DNA of 64,000 nucleotides from Escherichia coli (GTDB lineage Bacteria; Pseudomonadota; Gammaproteobacteria; Enterobacterales; Enterobacteriaceae): NCBI RefSeq assembly GCF_002854065.1, contig NZ_CP024147.1; one strand, 5' to 3'. Shown piece by piece: positions 1 to 11,222 of this stretch (position 1 is its first letter; each line of letters starts with the position of its first letter). The notes under the pieces were generated by a model. It saw only the letters and a program-made list of their open reading frames with translations, ran no database searches and was not told where the DNA came from. The position numbers and the translations under genes were made by a program.

Positions 1-1173
1 GAAGGTCGCCGTTTTCAGTTTACGCTCTTCCTCAACGTTACTGATAAACGCCGTTTCGACCAGAATGGAGGGAATATCTGGTGCCTTTAGTACGGCAAAC
101 CCGGCCTGTTCAACTTGATTTTTATGCAGCTTGTTGATTTTACCGAGCTTATTCAGCACCGCTTTACCAAACTTAAGGCTGTCAGCAATGGTCAGCGACT
201 GCACCATATCGAACATGGTGTGGTCGACATAGCGGTCACCGCTTTTGCTCACGCCACCAATCAAGTCGGAGGCGTTCTGGGTTTGTGCCAGATATTTTGC
301 CGCAGTACTGGTTGCACCTTTGGTTGAGAGCGCAAACACCGAGGAACCGCTCGGCTGGCGACTGGTAAAGGCGTCGGCATGGATAGAGACAAACAGGTCA
401 GCACGCTGTTTCTGAGCTTTTGCTACGCGCACTTGCAACGGAATGAAGATGTCTTCATTGCGCGTCATGTACACCTTCATATTGCCCTCTTTCTCGATCA
501 GAGAGCGCAGACGGCGAGCTATTTGCAATACCACGTCTTTTTCGCGCGTTTTGTATTTCCCCACCGCACCGGAGTCTTCGCCACCGTGGCCAGGGTCAAG
601 CATAATGACAATCGGACGATCGCGCCCTGCTTTACCTGGTTGTGGACCACTTTGCGCTGGTGGCACCTGCTTTTCGAGGTCGCCTTTGTTGTAATCCTCC
701 AGCAGCGCCAGCAGCGGGTCCTGCATATCCTGTGCATTGGCCGGATAGAGGTCCATCACCAGACGCTCTTTAAACCCGGCGACCGGCGCAAGGGCAAACA
801 GCTGCGGTTTTACGTTTTGCTTTAATTCAAAAACCATCCGTACGGTTTGCGGGTCAAATTGCCCGACGCGCGCCGACTTGATGAACGGGTCGTCTGCACG
901 AATTTGTGCCGCCATCCCCTTGAGTACCGAGTTCAGGTTTACATCTTCGATATCCACCACCACGCGTTCCGGGTTACTCAACGCGAACTGCTTATATTTC
1001 AGCTGACGATTTGATTCTACCGTCACGCGGGTGTAGCTGGACGCAGGCCAGACGCGCACCGCCACGACCTGGCTGACCGCAGCCAGACTGACCTGACTTA
1101 CGCTCAATAGCCACATGGCACCCGCGCCTTGCAGTAAACGACGACGGCTGATTGCAGTGTTGGATCCTGACAT
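1..1173 (-). CDS. amiC: N-acetylmuramoyl-L-alanine amidase AmiC; 3' end lies beyond the window start
   Basis: Minus-strand ATG at 1173..1171 opens a frame reading [31 protein letters not shown] (twin-arginine signal peptide) that stays open to position 1; divergent from argA. Not in the ORF track because no stop falls inside the window. Confidence 0.8.
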
Positions 1174-1299
1174 GCCTCTCCCGAGCAAAAGAAATCTAAG
1201 CTGTGTAACAAGTAAACGACTAATTTGACCGGAAACTTTAGCGAAAGACGCATAATCTGTCATCTAATAAACGGTAAACATTCTTTTTATATTCACGGC

Positions 1300-1404
1300 A
1301 TTACTGATAAAAAAGTCGCTCTCGCATAAAATTTACACTTGCACCCTGCGAAAAAACAGAATAAAAATACAATAATTTCGAATAATCATGCAAAGGGGTG
1401 TGCC
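1300..1404 (+). promoter_or_regulatory. argA promoter region with AT-rich ARG-box-like sequences
   Basis: AT-rich tract (acagaataaaaatacaataatttcgaataatcatgcaaa) just upstream of the argA GTG start; resembles ArgR operator half-sites. Not verified by scoring. Confidence 0.3.
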
Positions 1405-2736
1405 GTGGTAAAGGAACGTAAAACCGAGCTGGTCGAGGGATTCCGCCATTCGGTTCCCTATATCAATACCCACCGGGGAAAAACGTTTGTCATCATGCTC
1501 GGCGGTGAAGCCATTGAGCATGAGAATTTCTCCAGTATCGTTAATGATATCGGGTTGTTGCACAGCCTCGGCATCCGTCTGGTGGTGGTCTATGGCGCAC
1601 GTCCGCAGATCGACGCAAATCTGGCTGCGCATCACCACGAACCGCTGTATCACAAGAATATACGTGTGACCGACGCCAAAACACTGGAACTGGTGAAGCA
1701 GGCTGCGGGAACATTGCAACTGGATATTACTGCTCGCCTGTCGATGAGTCTCAATAACACGCCGCTACAGGGCGCGCATATCAACGTCGTCAGCGGCAAT
1801 TTTATTATCGCCCAGCCGCTGGGCGTCGATGACGGCGTGGATTACTGCCATAGCGGGCGTATCCGGCGGATTGATGAAGACGCGATCCATCGTCAACTGG
1901 ACAGCGGTGCAATAGTGCTAATGGGGCCGGTCGCTGTTTCAGTCACTGGCGAGAGCTTTAACCTGACCTCGGAAGAGATTGCCACTCAACTGGCCATCAA
2001 ACTGAAAGCTGAAAAGATGATTGGTTTTTGCTCTTCCCAGGGCGTCACTAATGACGACGGTGATATTGTCTCCGAACTTTTCCCTAACGAAGCGCAAGCG
2101 CGGGTAGAAGCCCGGGAAGAGAAAGGCGATTACAACTCCGGTACGGTGCGCTTTTTGCGTGGCGCAGTGAAAGCCTGCCGCAGCGGCGTGCGTCGCTGTC
2201 ATTTAATCAGTTATCAGGAAGATGGCGCGCTGTTGCAAGAGTTGTTCTCACGCGACGGTATCGGTACGCAGATTGTGATGGAAAGCGCCGAGCAGATTCG
2301 TCGCGCAACAATCAACGATATTGGCGGTATTCTGGAGTTGATTCGCCCGCTGGAGCAGCAAGGTATTCTGGTACGCCGTTCTCGCGAGCAGCTGGAGATG
2401 GAAATCGATAAATTCACCATTATTCAGCGCGATAACACGACTATTGCCTGCGCCGCGCTCTATCCGTTCCCGGAAGAGAAGATTGGGGAAATGGCCTGTG
2501 TGGCAGTTCACCCGGATTACCGCAGCTCATCACGGGGTGAAGTTCTGCTGGAACGCATTGCCGCTCAGGCGAAGCAGAGCGGCTTAAGCAAATTGTTTGT
2601 GCTGACCACGCGCAGTATTCACTGGTTCCAGGAACGTGGATTTACCCCGGTGGATATTGATTTATTGCCCGAGAGCAAAAAGCAGTTGTACAACTACCAG
2701 CGTAAATCCAAAGTGTTGATGGCGGATTTAGGGTAA
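1405..2736 (+). CDS. argA: N-acetylglutamate synthase
   Basis: ORF 1339..2736; in-frame GTG at 1405 gives a 443-aa product beginning [28 protein letters not shown], as recalled for ArgA; C-terminal GNAT-like region. Confidence 0.93.
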   Translation: MVKERKTELVEGFRHSVPYINTHRGKTFVIMLGGEAIEHENFSSIVNDIGLLHSLGIRLVVVYGARPQIDANLAAHHHEPLYHKNIRVTDAKTLELVKQAAGTLQLDITARLSMSLNNTPLQGAHINVVSGNFIIAQPLGVDDGVDYCHSGRIRRIDEDAIHRQLDSGAIVLMGPVAVSVTGESFNLTSEEIATQLAIKLKAEKMIGFCSSQGVTNDDGDIVSELFPNEAQARVEAREEKGDYNSGTVRFLRGAVKACRSGVRRCHLISYQEDGALLQELFSRDGIGTQIVMESAEQIRRATINDIGGILELIRPLEQQGILVRRSREQLEMEIDKFTIIQRDNTTIACAALYPFPEEKIGEMACVAVHPDYRSSSRGEVLLERIAAQAKQSGLSKLFVLTTRSIHWFQERGFTPVDIDLLPESKKQLYNYQRKSKVLMADLG

Positions 2737-2750
2737 GCGATGAAAATCGT

Positions 2751-2787
2751 CGGATGCGGCAGACGTAACACTCGTGCGTCGCATCCG
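2751..2787. terminator. REP-like palindromic hairpin between convergent argA and recD
   Basis: cggatgcg (2751..2758) pairs with cgcatccg (2780..2787); sits in the 61-bp gap between two convergent stops. Confidence 0.4.
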
Positions 2788-2797
2788 GCAATTACAT

Positions 2798-4624
2798 TTA
2801 TTCCCGCGAACTAAACAACGCCGCCAGACCACTGCGCCGCTCAGTACGAGTGGCGATTGCCGCACTTAATATGCGCTCATCGGCATACAGCGACAGACGG
2901 CGACGCGCGCGGGTCACCGCGGTATAAACCAGCTCTCGCGTTACTACCGGCGTGCGTTGGCTCGGTAAAATCAACGCCGCATGGTCGAACTCCGATCCCT
3001 GCGATTTATGTACCGTCATCGCCCACGTAGTTTCGTGCTCTGGCAAGCGACTCGGTTGCACAGACTTAATATTGCCGTCCGGCATCGCAAACCAGACGCG
3101 CGTCCCCTGCCCACGATCCAGCGCGATACCGATATCGCCATTAAACAACCCAAGCGCGCTGTCATTACGGACAATCATCACCGGCCGGCCTTCGTACCAA
3201 CGAGAGTGCGGATGACGATGAATTTTGCGCTTCTGTTGCATAAACTGCTCAATTCGCTCATTCAGTCCAGCCACGCCAAACGGCCCTTCCCGCAAGGCGC
3301 ACAAAAGCTGGTACTCATTAAACGCCTGAATGATTAAATCCGGCTCGGCACGCGCTTGCAGCAGATCCAGATAACGTCCATAACCCGCAAGAGCTTCCTC
3401 AAGCATCGCAATATAATCTTCGCCGCTCTGTAAAAGCCGTTTTTCAATATCAGTAAAATCCTGCTGAAAAACGGTTTTCACTGCCGTTTTATCACCACGG
3501 TTGATCGCCGCAGCTAACTGACCAATGCCAGAATCGCTGCCGAAACGATAGCTTTTTTGCAGCAGGCAGAGACTGTCGCGCAAAGATGCCGCTTCTGTGC
3601 CAGTTCCTGCCGGAACGTGAGTTCCCGTCAGGCGGCTTAGCTGCCCGGCACGCTCGGCGGTAAAGCCGGCATTGGCATAAGCGCAGATATCGCCCAGCAC
3701 AGCCCCAGCCTCAACCGAGGCCAGTTGATCACGATCGCCGAGAAAGATCACTCGCGCATGATCGGGCAAGGCGTCGATCAGTCTCGACATCATAGGCAGA
3801 TCGATCATTGACGCTTCATCTACCACCAGCACATCAAGATGCAGCGGGTTACCGGCATGATGACGTAAACGCTGGCTACCCGGCTGCGCACCCAGCAATC
3901 GGTGCAAAGTACTGGCATCTTCCGGAATGCGTTTCTTTTGTTCATCGGTCAGCGGTAACTGTCGCAAAGCCTTGCCGAGAGATTCGGTTAAGCGCGCGGC
4001 AGCTTTACCCGTTGGTGCAGCCAGACGGATACGGCAGCGTTCGCCGTCGGCCATTTGAATTAACGCTGCCAGCAACTTCGCTACGGTGGTCGTTTTACCG
4101 GTGCCAGGGCCGCCGGAAATCACCGAGATCCGCCGCGTCAGCGCCACTGCCGCCGCAACTTTTTGCCAGTTAATTTCATCGCTTACTGGAAAAAGTTTGT
4201 CCAGGGTTTGCGCCAGTAGAGCTTCATCAACCTCAATGGCATGATTCACTTCGTTGAAAAAGCGTGCCACCGTACGTTCGTTACACCACATGCGATTCAA
4301 ATAAAGACGATCGCCACAGAGGATCATCGGCGTTGGTTCATCTCCCCGGCTGACCGCTTGTGAAGCCAGCAAGCATTCTTCCCAATTTTGTAGCTCACCG
4401 ATTTCACTGACACAGGTCGCCAACAGCGGATGCGACTCCTCGTTATTTTCCAGTCGTGAAAGCGGCAAACAAACGTGTCCCTCTCCGGCATCATGACTTA
4501 ACAGTGCCGCCGCGAGGGTGACAGCAGGATGTTCTTCTCCCGCCACGGTCAGGGCAAATTGCACATCCAGCGGGCGTAGCTGTTTGTGCTCCACAGCTTC
4601 CAGTAATTGCTTTTGCAATTTCAT
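2798..4624 (-). CDS. recD: Exodeoxyribonuclease V alpha subunit RecD
   Basis: 608-aa ORF starting [25 protein letters not shown]; Walker [11 protein letters not shown]; start overlaps the recB stop. Confidence 0.95.
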   Translation of the reverse strand: MKLQKQLLEAVEHKQLRPLDVQFALTVAGEEHPAVTLAAALLSHDAGEGHVCLPLSRLENNEESHPLLATCVSEIGELQNWEECLLASQAVSRGDEPTPMILCGDRLYLNRMWCNERTVARFFNEVNHAIEVDEALLAQTLDKLFPVSDEINWQKVAAAVALTRRISVISGGPGTGKTTTVAKLLAALIQMADGERCRIRLAAPTGKAAARLTESLGKALRQLPLTDEQKKRIPEDASTLHRLLGAQPGSQRLRHHAGNPLHLDVLVVDEASMIDLPMMSRLIDALPDHARVIFLGDRDQLASVEAGAVLGDICAYANAGFTAERAGQLSRLTGTHVPAGTGTEAASLRDSLCLLQKSYRFGSDSGIGQLAAAINRGDKTAVKTVFQQDFTDIEKRLLQSGEDYIAMLEEALAGYGRYLDLLQARAEPDLIIQAFNEYQLLCALREGPFGVAGLNERIEQFMQQKRKIHRHPHSRWYEGRPVMIVRNDSALGLFNGDIGIALDRGQGTRVWFAMPDGNIKSVQPSRLPEHETTWAMTVHKSQGSEFDHAALILPSQRTPVVTRELVYTAVTRARRRLSLYADERILSAAIATRTERRSGLAALFSSRE

Positions 4625-7600
4625 TACGCCTCCTCCAGGGTCATACCGGCAAACATCTCATCCATCAGGTCAATCAACCCGGCGTTGGGGCGGGTTGTGT
4701 AAATCCCTTGTTGCGGATGTTCTTTATCAACACCACGCAGGAACAGATAAATAACGCCGCCAAAGTGGCGCTCATAGTCGTAATCAGCAATGCGATGGCG
4801 CAGATAACGGTGCAGCGCCAGGGTATAAAGCTGATATTGCAGATCATAGCGGTGTGCCTGCATTGCCGCTGCCATAGCCTGTTGGGTGTAAGCCGAACTG
4901 TCTTCACCCAACCAGTTGGATTTATAGTCGAGCAGGTAATAACGCCCTTCGTGGCGGAACACCAGGTCGATAAAGCCTTTTAACATGCCACGTACCTGCA
5001 TGAACTCCAGCGGCGGGCAGCCTGCGGATAGCGGGTCAAACTGGCGGATTAACGTATCAAGCTGACTGGCGATAAGCGGTTCACTAATCGGCAGATAAAA
5101 CTCCATCTCCACCTGTTTATTGCGGGCGGAAAGTTGACTCAGGCTTACGCCGGTTTCATTGAGAGGTGCCTGGAGGACAGCCGTGATCCACTCGGTCAAT
5201 ACCGGTTCCCACTGCGATTCAAAGCCGCCGAGTTCCAGTTTTTCCCGCACCCAGTTCGGGTCAACCGGCTGGGTAAAATCCAGGTCTTCAAACAAACTGT
5301 GCAAGAACGTCCCCGGTGACGCACCGCGCGGAAACTGATGTGGTGTTAACGTCGGTTCTTCAACGACGCTGGCAACGCCTGCAGCATCGACATCCAGCCG
5401 AGGCATCAAATCCTGGGCGATACCGTGACCACGCTGTTGCAAACCAGAGTAGCTGGTGACGCGCCAGTTATCGCCGGGCAATCGTTGTAGCGTCCTCGCA
5501 TTCAGTTCTGCAGTTAAAACATCATTAACCTGCCAGGGCTGGTTATCACCAGTTTGTGCCGTTTGCCAGGCAATATCATCATCGCATAACGCTTCAATAC
5601 AGGTGCGAAGCCCTGCCGCATCTTGCGGTTCCCCTTTTTGCAGCAAACGCCCGAGCGCACTTTGGTGGACGTCGGTGTCACCTTTTTTATCGCCACGACG
5701 GCGCACCAGCGGTGCAACGCCGAGACTGCAATGCCAAACCGAACGCGTCAGCGCCACGTAAAGCAAACGCAGATCTTCCGCCAGACGTTCGGCCTCCGCG
5801 AGATCGACACTTTCTGGCGCAGCGTTAAGATCCAGAACAGCCTCAAACGAGTGGCGATCGTGATAAAACGCCTGATCCTGGACGCGGAAATTGGTAATAA
5901 ATGGCAACCAGACCAGCGGATATTCCAGCCCTTTTGATTTATGGATCGTGACAATCTGTACCAGATGTTTATCACTTTCGAGGCGCATTTGTTGGCTGGA
6001 GGCATTACTGTCTGGCTCGAGGATATGTTGCGATAACCAGCGTACCAGCGCATGTTCACTTTCCAGCTGCGTTCCGGCTTCTTGTAGCAGTTCGCTGATA
6101 TGCAAGATATCGGTAAGACGCCGCTCACCGCCTGCCGTTGCCAGCAAGTTTTCTGCAATGTTACGCGCCGACATCAGCGCCCGCAGCATCGGCATAACGC
6201 CACGTTTGCGCCAGATTTGCCGATAACCATCGAACTCTTCAACTACCGCATCCCACGCATGTTCGTCATTATTCAGCGTTTCAATATCCAGCGCATTCAG
6301 CCCCATCATTGACGTTGCCAGCGCACTGCGCAGGGTGTTCTCACGTTCGGGCGTCATCACCGCCTGCAACAACCAAAGCATTTCCTGCGCTTCCAGAGTT
6401 TCAAAAACACTGTCGCGGTTCGAAAGGTAAACGGAAGGGATTTCCAGCAACGTTAAGGCATCGCGCACCTGGGCGGCCTCCTGGCGGCTGCGCACCAGCA
6501 CACTGATGTCCGAAGCACGCACCGGACGCGCTTCGTCGCCGTTCATCAGCAACGCTTCGCCCCGCTGTCCGGCTTGTAGCCAGTCGCGGATTTGCGCAGC
6601 ACATACCTGCGCCATGGTACTTTGATAGTCGCCAACGCCGCAGCTTTCGCCTTCCATCAGCCACATTTTCATCGCAGGCTGCGTTTCACCTTTAAAGACA
6701 AAACGTAACGCCTGATTTTTCCCGGCTGATTTCACTGGAATAAACGGTATTTCGCGAAACATGAACGCGTCATCAGTCTGGCTGAAAAGCTTGTTCACAC
6801 TGTTCACCATTCCTGGTGCGGAACGCCAGTTGATGTCTAAAGTGTAGTGGGCGTGAACTTCGCTACGCGCCTTCATATAAGTGAAGATATCCGCACCCCG
6901 GAATGCATATATGGCCTGCTTCGGGTCGCCAATTAGCAACAATGCGGTTTCCGGCTGATGGTGCCAGATACGGCGAAAAATTCGGTACTGCTGGGGGTCG
7001 GTATCCTGAAATTCATCGATCATTGCCACCGGGAATCGCGTACGGATCGCCGCTGCCAACACCTCACCGCTTTCGCTACGCAGCGCGGAATCGAGCCGAC
7101 TTAACATGTCATCAAAACCCAATTCGCCACGGCGGCGTTTTTCACGCGCTACTGTTTCGCGGATCTCAGCCAATGCGCGGGTGATCACCAGATCGCGGAT
7201 CGACAATGGTTCTGCAAGCAGTTGATCGATCGCCTCAAACAGTGGATGTCGCGGGGTTTCCCCCCCGGCCTTCGTGCGATCTTCTAAGAAACGCTGGGAG
7301 AATTTTTCCAGCGACTCCGGCAACTGATAACTGTTTGTCTCTTCTTCTGCCCAGGCGCTGATCTTGTCGATCCATTTAGCCTGATTGCTACGGTTAAACT
7401 TGCGTCGATCAATACCAGAAGATTCGATCAGCGCATCCAGTTCACCCACTGCGTCGCGCCACTGCTGTTTTACCGTATCAATACGCGCCACAATTTGCGC
7501 GTGACGGGAAGCCAGCGTTTCATCATCGGGCGGCGGTGCTTTGATAACCGGCGCTTCGCCTTGCAGATAACGATTAATATCGCGCAGCAACGCCTGCGGC

Positions 7601-8166
7601 CCTTTCCAGGTTTCAAAGACGACCTGGGCTATTTCACGCGGCAGCGGGTAGCAGTGGCGACGCCAGAAATCGGCGCAGGCCTGGTAGCGTAGCAGAGACT
7701 CATCTTCAATCAGCTGCTGCTCAAACAGCATGCCGGATTCAAAGGCATTCAGGTTGAGCATGCGCTGGCAAAAGCCGTGAATAGTAAAGACTGCCGCTTC
7801 ATCCATCTGCCGTTCGGCTAACAACAACCACTGCGCGGCTTGCGCTTTATCGTCGATCTCTTCCAGCAGGCGTTCGTACAGTGGATTGTCGGTGGTTTCA
7901 CGCAGACAGGCGATGCGCAACTCGTGGATATTGCTACGGATACGACCGCGCAATTCTGCCGTGGCAGCCTCGGTAAAGGTGACCACCAGCAGTTCTTCAA
8001 CGGTCAGCGGGCGGGGAAAGGCGGCGGAACCGCCTAGTCCAAGTAACAGGCGCAAATAGAGCGCCGCAATCGTAAAGGTTTTGCCTGTGCCGGCAGAGGC
8101 TTCAATCAGGCGCTCGCCCTGTAAGGGCAAGCGCAAAGGATCTAGTGTCTCGGCGACATCACTCAT
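4624..8166 (-). CDS. recB: Exodeoxyribonuclease V beta subunit RecB
   Basis: ORF 4624..8175; product from internal Met [32 protein letters not shown] is 1180 aa; UvrD-type helicase motifs and C-terminal nuclease domain. Confidence 0.95.
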   Translation of the reverse strand: MSDVAETLDPLRLPLQGERLIEASAGTGKTFTIAALYLRLLLGLGGSAAFPRPLTVEELLVVTFTEAATAELRGRIRSNIHELRIACLRETTDNPLYERLLEEIDDKAQAAQWLLLAERQMDEAAVFTIHGFCQRMLNLNAFESGMLFEQQLIEDESLLRYQACADFWRRHCYPLPREIAQVVFETWKGPQALLRDINRYLQGEAPVIKAPPPDDETLASRHAQIVARIDTVKQQWRDAVGELDALIESSGIDRRKFNRSNQAKWIDKISAWAEEETNSYQLPESLEKFSQRFLEDRTKAGGETPRHPLFEAIDQLLAEPLSIRDLVITRALAEIRETVAREKRRRGELGFDDMLSRLDSALRSESGEVLAAAIRTRFPVAMIDEFQDTDPQQYRIFRRIWHHQPETALLLIGDPKQAIYAFRGADIFTYMKARSEVHAHYTLDINWRSAPGMVNSVNKLFSQTDDAFMFREIPFIPVKSAGKNQALRFVFKGETQPAMKMWLMEGESCGVGDYQSTMAQVCAAQIRDWLQAGQRGEALLMNGDEARPVRASDISVLVRSRQEAAQVRDALTLLEIPSVYLSNRDSVFETLEAQEMLWLLQAVMTPERENTLRSALATSMMGLNALDIETLNNDEHAWDAVVEEFDGYRQIWRKRGVMPMLRALMSARNIAENLLATAGGERRLTDILHISELLQEAGTQLESEHALVRWLSQHILEPDSNASSQQMRLESDKHLVQIVTIHKSKGLEYPLVWLPFITNFRVQDQAFYHDRHSFEAVLDLNAAPESVDLAEAERLAEDLRLLYVALTRSVWHCSLGVAPLVRRRGDKKGDTDVHQSALGRLLQKGEPQDAAGLRTCIEALCDDDIAWQTAQTGDNQPWQVNDVLTAELNARTLQRLPGDNWRVTSYSGLQQRGHGIAQDLMPRLDVDAAGVASVVEEPTLTPHQFPRGASPGTFLHSLFEDLDFTQPVDPNWVREKLELGGFESQWEPVLTEWITAVLQAPLNETGVSLSQLSARNKQVEMEFYLPISEPLIASQLDTLIRQFDPLSAGCPPLEFMQVRGMLKGFIDLVFRHEGRYYLLDYKSNWLGEDSSAYTQQAMAAAMQAHRYDLQYQLYTLALHRYLRHRIADYDYERHFGGVIYLFLRGVDKEHPQQGIYTTRPNAGLIDLMDEMFAGMTLEEA

Positions 8167-11047
8167 TCTTTTCACTCATCAGGGGCATTGTTTGCTGCAA
8201 CGCGCTGACGTTCTCCCACACTTTCCAGCCTTCAGGATGCACATATTCGGCTTTCCCGTTCTGGCTGCCGGAAATCTGCGACAGAATAGCCATGCCTTGC
8301 GGCTCGACCACCGCCTGATGGAAGAAATCAGCAAGTTTTTGCGGCGTCAGCAGTTTTATCTGGGCCACGATTTTATCACGCGAATCGAAGCGCATATTGC
8401 CGCGATCGAAATCTTTACTTAACTTCGATGCTTCTTCGCCGAGCGTTTGCGGTGCCTGCAGCATCTGGGTAATTACCGCCTCCTGGATTTGCGCAAACTC
8501 TTCTGGCTTCATCGCCCGCAATTTTGCCTCTGCGGTTGGGAAAAACGCCTTGTAACGCTCCCACAAGAATGAAGGCTGTTTATCATTGCTTTGCAAAAGG
8601 AAGCCCATGCCCCACTGACGCCCCACGCTCATTGGAAACGCAAACACGGCATAGCCCAACTGTTCTTCGGTACGCAACTGATTGTAGAACCACGGCTGTA
8701 CGATCTGCCCCAACAGAGAGCTATAGGCTGAGCTGGTGTATTCATCGTAGCCAGTCGGTACAAATACCGCTGCCAGTGCGGAGTCGGTGCTGTTACCGGC
8801 TTTTTCAAAGATGACGGATTGTTTTTTATCGACCACTACATCTTTGTTACGACACCACTCTGACCCATCAGCGCCCAACTGTTTTTGCACATCGCGTGCC
8901 AGCGTTGTTGCCTGGGCCTCGGTCATGTTGCCGATAACCATAAACTCTGGTCGAGCCCCTGATTTTAAGCCGTCGCGATAGGCCAGCACCTCTTTCAAAG
9001 TAATGGAGGGCAAAATTTTACGCCGTTCATCTCGCGAGAAGTACGGCACTTGCGAGAGCATCTGCGCGGGCATAATCGCCTGCTCGAACGCTTTGCCCTT
9101 TTCTGCGGAATCCATCATCTGGTTATACCAGGACTTCGCCTGCTCAAGCTGATCTTCCGTAGCGGTATAGCTAAAGTACCCCTCGAGCAATGCCTGGAAC
9201 AGCTGCGGCAGGCGCTGGGTGTAACCATTGGCATTAACCATAAGGCCGTTGTTAGCGTTGGTGGAAAAACTTATGCCACCAACCGACGCCTGGTTGCTTA
9301 ACTGATCAAGCTCCAGCCCTGCGAGATAATCATTGAGCGCAAACATCACCTGATTGCGGGCGCTGTCCATGGCTTTCGGATTACGCAAAATCAGGCTGAC
9401 ATCAGCTTTGGGCTCGCTGGCAAAATAACGGCTTGGCGCATACACCACGCGCAGATTCGACTCATCAACAATCAGCTCTGGATGGTCGTATTTCTTCTCT
9501 GACTTAATCAGCGAGAAATCATCAGGAATATAAGGGTTAAGCTCTGGCAAAGAGAGCGCAATGTCGGCGGCTTTTTTCTGCCAGTCAGCGAAAGTTTGTG
9601 CGCTAATTTTATCGACCTGATACGGCGCATCGACAAAATAAGCCGTTTTATTGTGCGGCTCTTTCGAGCTGATATACCAGATACGCGCATTCTGCGGCGT
9701 CATCATCGCCAGACGTTCCTTTACTGCTTTAGCATCGTACCGATCGGCAATATTGACTGCATCCAGCGTATGCTCAACAGGAACGCGAATCATGGTATCT
9801 GCCAGCCATTCGACGTAATCCATATCACGGGTGATCGACGGATAACGGAAGTCGATATCCAGCACATTCGCCAGTTCATCGAAGTATTGTTTATCAATGC
9901 CTTTTTCACGTAACAGATTGAGATAGCTAAAAATTGCCGCCACAACCTGATCGCGATTCGCCAGACCTTTATCGGTTAAAGACGCAGAGATCGCTAATAC
10001 GCCGCTGTTGCCGTTGACGATAGGATCGGAGTTGGCGCTAATGCCCTCAACTAATCCCTGCTTTTGCAGCCAGTCAGACAGTGTACCTGGGCTGCGATTA
10101 CCAATCAGATAGGTAATCAATTCATCCGTTTTACTACGGAACTTCGCTGAGTTGTTATCGATGCGAAACTCAACGCGCAGAACTTTACGCGGCAGCGCCG
10201 GGACGTAATGAATGATAATGCCCTTTTGCGCGTCGGTGACTACCGGCACGGTGATTTCCGGTTTTTTGCTCTCTTTGTTCGGCACGCGACCAAAAGTGTC
10301 CGCCGCCATTTTTGCCAACTCCGGCAGCGGTTTATTGCTGTAAATAACCGCCTTCATCAGATTAGCGGAATAGTACTTCTCGTGGAAATCTTTCAGCGCC
10401 TGCTGCACCGGATTACCAGGTTTGTCGCTTAAAGTTTCGAGGTTACCACCAGAAAACTTTGAACCGGGATGTGCCGGGTTAATGGTTTCTGCGCTGACCT
10501 GTGCCATGCGCATCCCGTCACGCGTACGCGCCATGGTTAATTCAGCGTTCACTGCATTACGCTCACGTTCGGCGTATTTCTTGTCGAGCAAGGGTTCTGC
10601 AATAGCGTCCGCCAGGCGGTCTACCGCACCGGGCAAGGCGTCGTTCTCAACTTCCAGATAGAAAGCCGTGCGATACGGTGCCGTGCTGGCATTGTGGCTG
10701 CCACCGTGCATTTTGAGATATTCGGCCAGACTGTCAGCCTGCGGGTACTTTTTCGACCCCATCAGACTCATATGTTCAAGGTAATGTGCCAGCCCCTGGT
10801 ACGCCTCGGGATCTTCCAGCGACCCAACGGGCACCACCAGCGCCGAGAGCGATTTAACTGCCTGCGGATCAGAAACCAGCAAGACCACCATACCGTTATC
10901 CAGACGTATAGCCTGATACTGGCGGTTATCTTTATCACTTTTACGGATGGTTTCCTGAATCGGCTGCCATCCCGTTTCTGCCTGACTTAAGGGTGCCCAA
11001 AGGGCAACTAACAACAATAATGCTTTGAACCAGGTGCTGCGGGGCAT
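8159..11047 (-). CDS. ptrA: Protease III (pitrilysin), periplasmic M16 zinc metalloprotease
   Basis: 962-aa ORF, MPRSTWFKALLLLVALWAPLSQA signal peptide, HYLEH inverted zinc-binding motif; 3' end overlaps the recB start by 8 nt. Confidence 0.95.
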   Translation of the reverse strand: MPRSTWFKALLLLVALWAPLSQAETGWQPIQETIRKSDKDNRQYQAIRLDNGMVVLLVSDPQAVKSLSALVVPVGSLEDPEAYQGLAHYLEHMSLMGSKKYPQADSLAEYLKMHGGSHNASTAPYRTAFYLEVENDALPGAVDRLADAIAEPLLDKKYAERERNAVNAELTMARTRDGMRMAQVSAETINPAHPGSKFSGGNLETLSDKPGNPVQQALKDFHEKYYSANLMKAVIYSNKPLPELAKMAADTFGRVPNKESKKPEITVPVVTDAQKGIIIHYVPALPRKVLRVEFRIDNNSAKFRSKTDELITYLIGNRSPGTLSDWLQKQGLVEGISANSDPIVNGNSGVLAISASLTDKGLANRDQVVAAIFSYLNLLREKGIDKQYFDELANVLDIDFRYPSITRDMDYVEWLADTMIRVPVEHTLDAVNIADRYDAKAVKERLAMMTPQNARIWYISSKEPHNKTAYFVDAPYQVDKISAQTFADWQKKAADIALSLPELNPYIPDDFSLIKSEKKYDHPELIVDESNLRVVYAPSRYFASEPKADVSLILRNPKAMDSARNQVMFALNDYLAGLELDQLSNQASVGGISFSTNANNGLMVNANGYTQRLPQLFQALLEGYFSYTATEDQLEQAKSWYNQMMDSAEKGKAFEQAIMPAQMLSQVPYFSRDERRKILPSITLKEVLAYRDGLKSGARPEFMVIGNMTEAQATTLARDVQKQLGADGSEWCRNKDVVVDKKQSVIFEKAGNSTDSALAAVFVPTGYDEYTSSAYSSLLGQIVQPWFYNQLRTEEQLGYAVFAFPMSVGRQWGMGFLLQSNDKQPSFLWERYKAFFPTAEAKLRAMKPEEFAQIQEAVITQMLQAPQTLGEEASKLSKDFDRGNMRFDSRDKIVAQIKLLTPQKLADFFHQAVVEPQGMAILSQISGSQNGKAEYVHPEGWKVWENVSALQQTMPLMSEKNE

Positions 11048-11222
11048 TCACGGACCTCATAATCAACTTTATTTTCTGGCCAGATTCAACAGGTTAACGC
11101 AAATCATCTGCCAGAATTTAATCTTGTGCTGCACGAGTCAGCCTATGTTTATATAACCATCAGTCCGTGACTGGTGCGCATCATAAAGTAAGCGGATAGA
11201 TTGCGCAATTTTCATACAGCGC

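Noticed and set aside
655-662. Chi octamer GCTGGTGG inside amiC
   Set aside because: Single occurrence noticed by eye; Chi sites are frequent in E. coli and I did not systematically count or orient them, so no claim is made.
2952-8037. Numerous 60–130-aa ORFs on the opposite strand inside recD and recB
   Set aside because: Nested antisense ORFs within long, well-supported genes; products are Arg/Cys-rich and low-complexity, as expected for chance ORFs in GC-rich coding DNA.
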